64,000 nt of DNA from Macrostomum hystrix (taxonomy: Eukaryota; Animalia; Platyhelminthes): the NCBI GenBank assembly GCA_950097015.1, contig CATNEN010000038.1, positions 9,052,001 to 9,116,000 on the forward strand. The letters are read 5' to 3'. The translations under genes were made by a program, and so were the position numbers. Positions 62,315-64,000 of the stretch are shown here, piece after piece. Under the pieces are notes generated by a model that was not told the DNA's origin, searched no databases, and worked only from the letters and a program-made list of their open reading frames with translations. Positions within the stretch are counted from its first letter, which is position 1; every line of letters begins with the position of its first letter.

Positions 62315-63690
62315 ATGCAGTCGCTGACTCCGGCCCAGATCTCAGAGTACCAGGAGGCCTTCAACTTGTTCGACAAGAATCGCGACGGAAAGATTAGTCC
62401 GGCTGAGCTGGGCGTCGCCATGCGAAATTTGGGACAAAGTCCCACGGAGGCCGACATTCAGGTAGCCAATAAAAGCGGATCTAATGATGAATTTGAAAGT
62501 TAGTAAACTCGAATGGAGTCATTTTTACAGTCTGAAGGACTGGGCCAGTGATGGTAGCATTGTGAAGGACTGGGCTAGTGATGGTAGCATTTTGAAGGAC
62601 TGGGCTAGTGATGGTAGCATTGTGAAGGACTGGGCTAATGATGGTAGCATTGCGAAGGACTGGGCCAATGATGGTAGCATTGTGAAGGACTGGGCCAGTG
62701 ATGGTAGCATTGTGAAGGACTGGGCTAGTGATGGTAGCATTGTGAAGGACTGGGCTAATGATGGTTGCATTGGGAAGGACTGGGCCAGTGATGGTAGCAT
62801 TGTGAAGGACTGGGCTAGTGATGGTAGCATTGTGAAGGACTGGGCTAATGATGGTTGCATTGGGAAGGACTGGGCTAATGATGGTAGCATTATGAAGGAC
62901 TGGGCTGATGATGGTAGCATTGTGAAGGACTGGGCCAGTGATGGTAGCATTGTGAAGGACTGGGCTAATGATGGTAGCATTGTGAAGGACTGGGCTAATG
63001 ATGGTTGCATTGGGAAGGACTGGGCTAATGATGGTAGCATTGTGAAGGACTGGGCTGATGATGGTAGCATTGTGAAGGACTGGGCTAATGATGGTAGCAT
63101 TGCGAAGGACTGGGCCAGTGATGGTAGCATTGTGAAGGACTGGGCTAGTGATGGTAGCATTGTGAAGGACTGGGCTAATGATGGTTGCATTGTGAAGGAC
63201 TGGGCTAATGATGGTTGCATTGTGAAGGACTGGGCTAATGATGGTTGCATTCTGAAGGCTAGGCTAGTGTAGATAGTATTATTAAACATTCTTTTAACTT
63301 TAAGGAACCTCCATTTGTCAGAGCCAGATTATACTGGGAATCGATGAAAGAATTCGCTGACAAATGCCTTATTCACCGCAGAAAATGATCAGCGATGTGG
63401 ATCACAAGAAGAACGGCTACGTTGAATTCGAAGAATTCGTCGAAATGATGGAGAAGAAGAAGCGAGAATCCGACACCGAGGACGAGCTGAGGAAGGTGTT
63501 CAAAATATTCGACAAGAACAATGACGGCAAGATCAGCGCTGAGGAGTTGCGGTATGTTATGAACAGCCTGGGGGAGAACCTCACCGAGAACGACGTCAAT
63601 GAGATGATTCGCCAGGCGGACAAGAATCAGGACGGCTTTGTGGACTTCCAGGAGTTCAAGCTGCTGATGGACACCCTCGGTGGTATTTAA
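62315..63690 (+). CDS. Calmodulin-like EF-hand protein (151 aa), 2 exons
   Basis: Exons 62315-62461 and 63382-63690 (phase 0). Loops [48 protein letters not shown]; too divergent for canonical CaM. Confidence 0.93.
62533..63265. repeat. 30-bp minisatellite in the calmodulin-like intron
   Basis: TGTGAAGGACTGGGCTAATGATGGTAGCAT, ~24 copies. Confidence 0.96.
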
Positions 63691-64000
63691 CTAACCGCAA
63701 TCAGTTTCTCGTACGTACGGATCCTGTCACAGACGCGATTCTTGTATTCTCTATTCAACATAAAACTTTTTACTGATAGCTGGGCCTAGGCACCTCTTCG
63801 CTGGCGCACAGCAATGTGTACAAGGCTGATGTACCAATTGTAGGACTCCTAAAAGTGCAGCGTCCACCAATTGTGTTGCACTTGTCTCGTTTTCAGCTAA
63901 ATCATCTAATCGATTGAATATTTCTCTGTATAGAAAATTTACCGTTATATTTTCTCTATTTCTCTATTTGGTCTGTCCCCTTTTCTTTGACTCCATTTCG

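Overview
Eukaryotic (animal) genomic DNA. GC-rich spliced exons, short GT-AG introns, and minisatellite-stuffed introns suggest a free-living flatworm such as Macrostomum (inference, not verified). I reconstructed ten spliced genes by hand with consistent phases: a coiled-coil protein, an RNFT-type RING/TM E3 ligase, an ADP-dependent glucokinase-like protein that has lost catalytic motifs, a C6orf89-like protein, a mucin-like type I membrane protein, cathepsin L, synapsin, a TIMP, an orphan 2-TM polyQ protein and a calmodulin-like protein. The TIMP lies antisense inside the synapsin intron equivalent to the one that hosts TIMP in human SYN1. Repeats: about 25 distinct tandem arrays (units 8-58 bp, most private to one intron), two main tRNA-derived SINE families (one with a MIR/CORE-like domain), hAT MITEs with verified 8-bp TSDs, a frameshifted Tc1 (DD34E) inserted into a SINE, and LINE/mariner relics. 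The first ~4.1 kb is AT-rich and shows CpG decay, unlike the rest, and may be a different compartment or genome. Best candidates for something undescribed: in-situ minisatellite expansion of minimal introns, with some satellites carried by a MITE and a SINE-like element; the conserved Syn/TIMP nest with an atypical TIMP N-terminus; and a probable ADPGK pseudoenzyme in a candidate operon. No CRISPR, rRNA or true tRNA genes were found.
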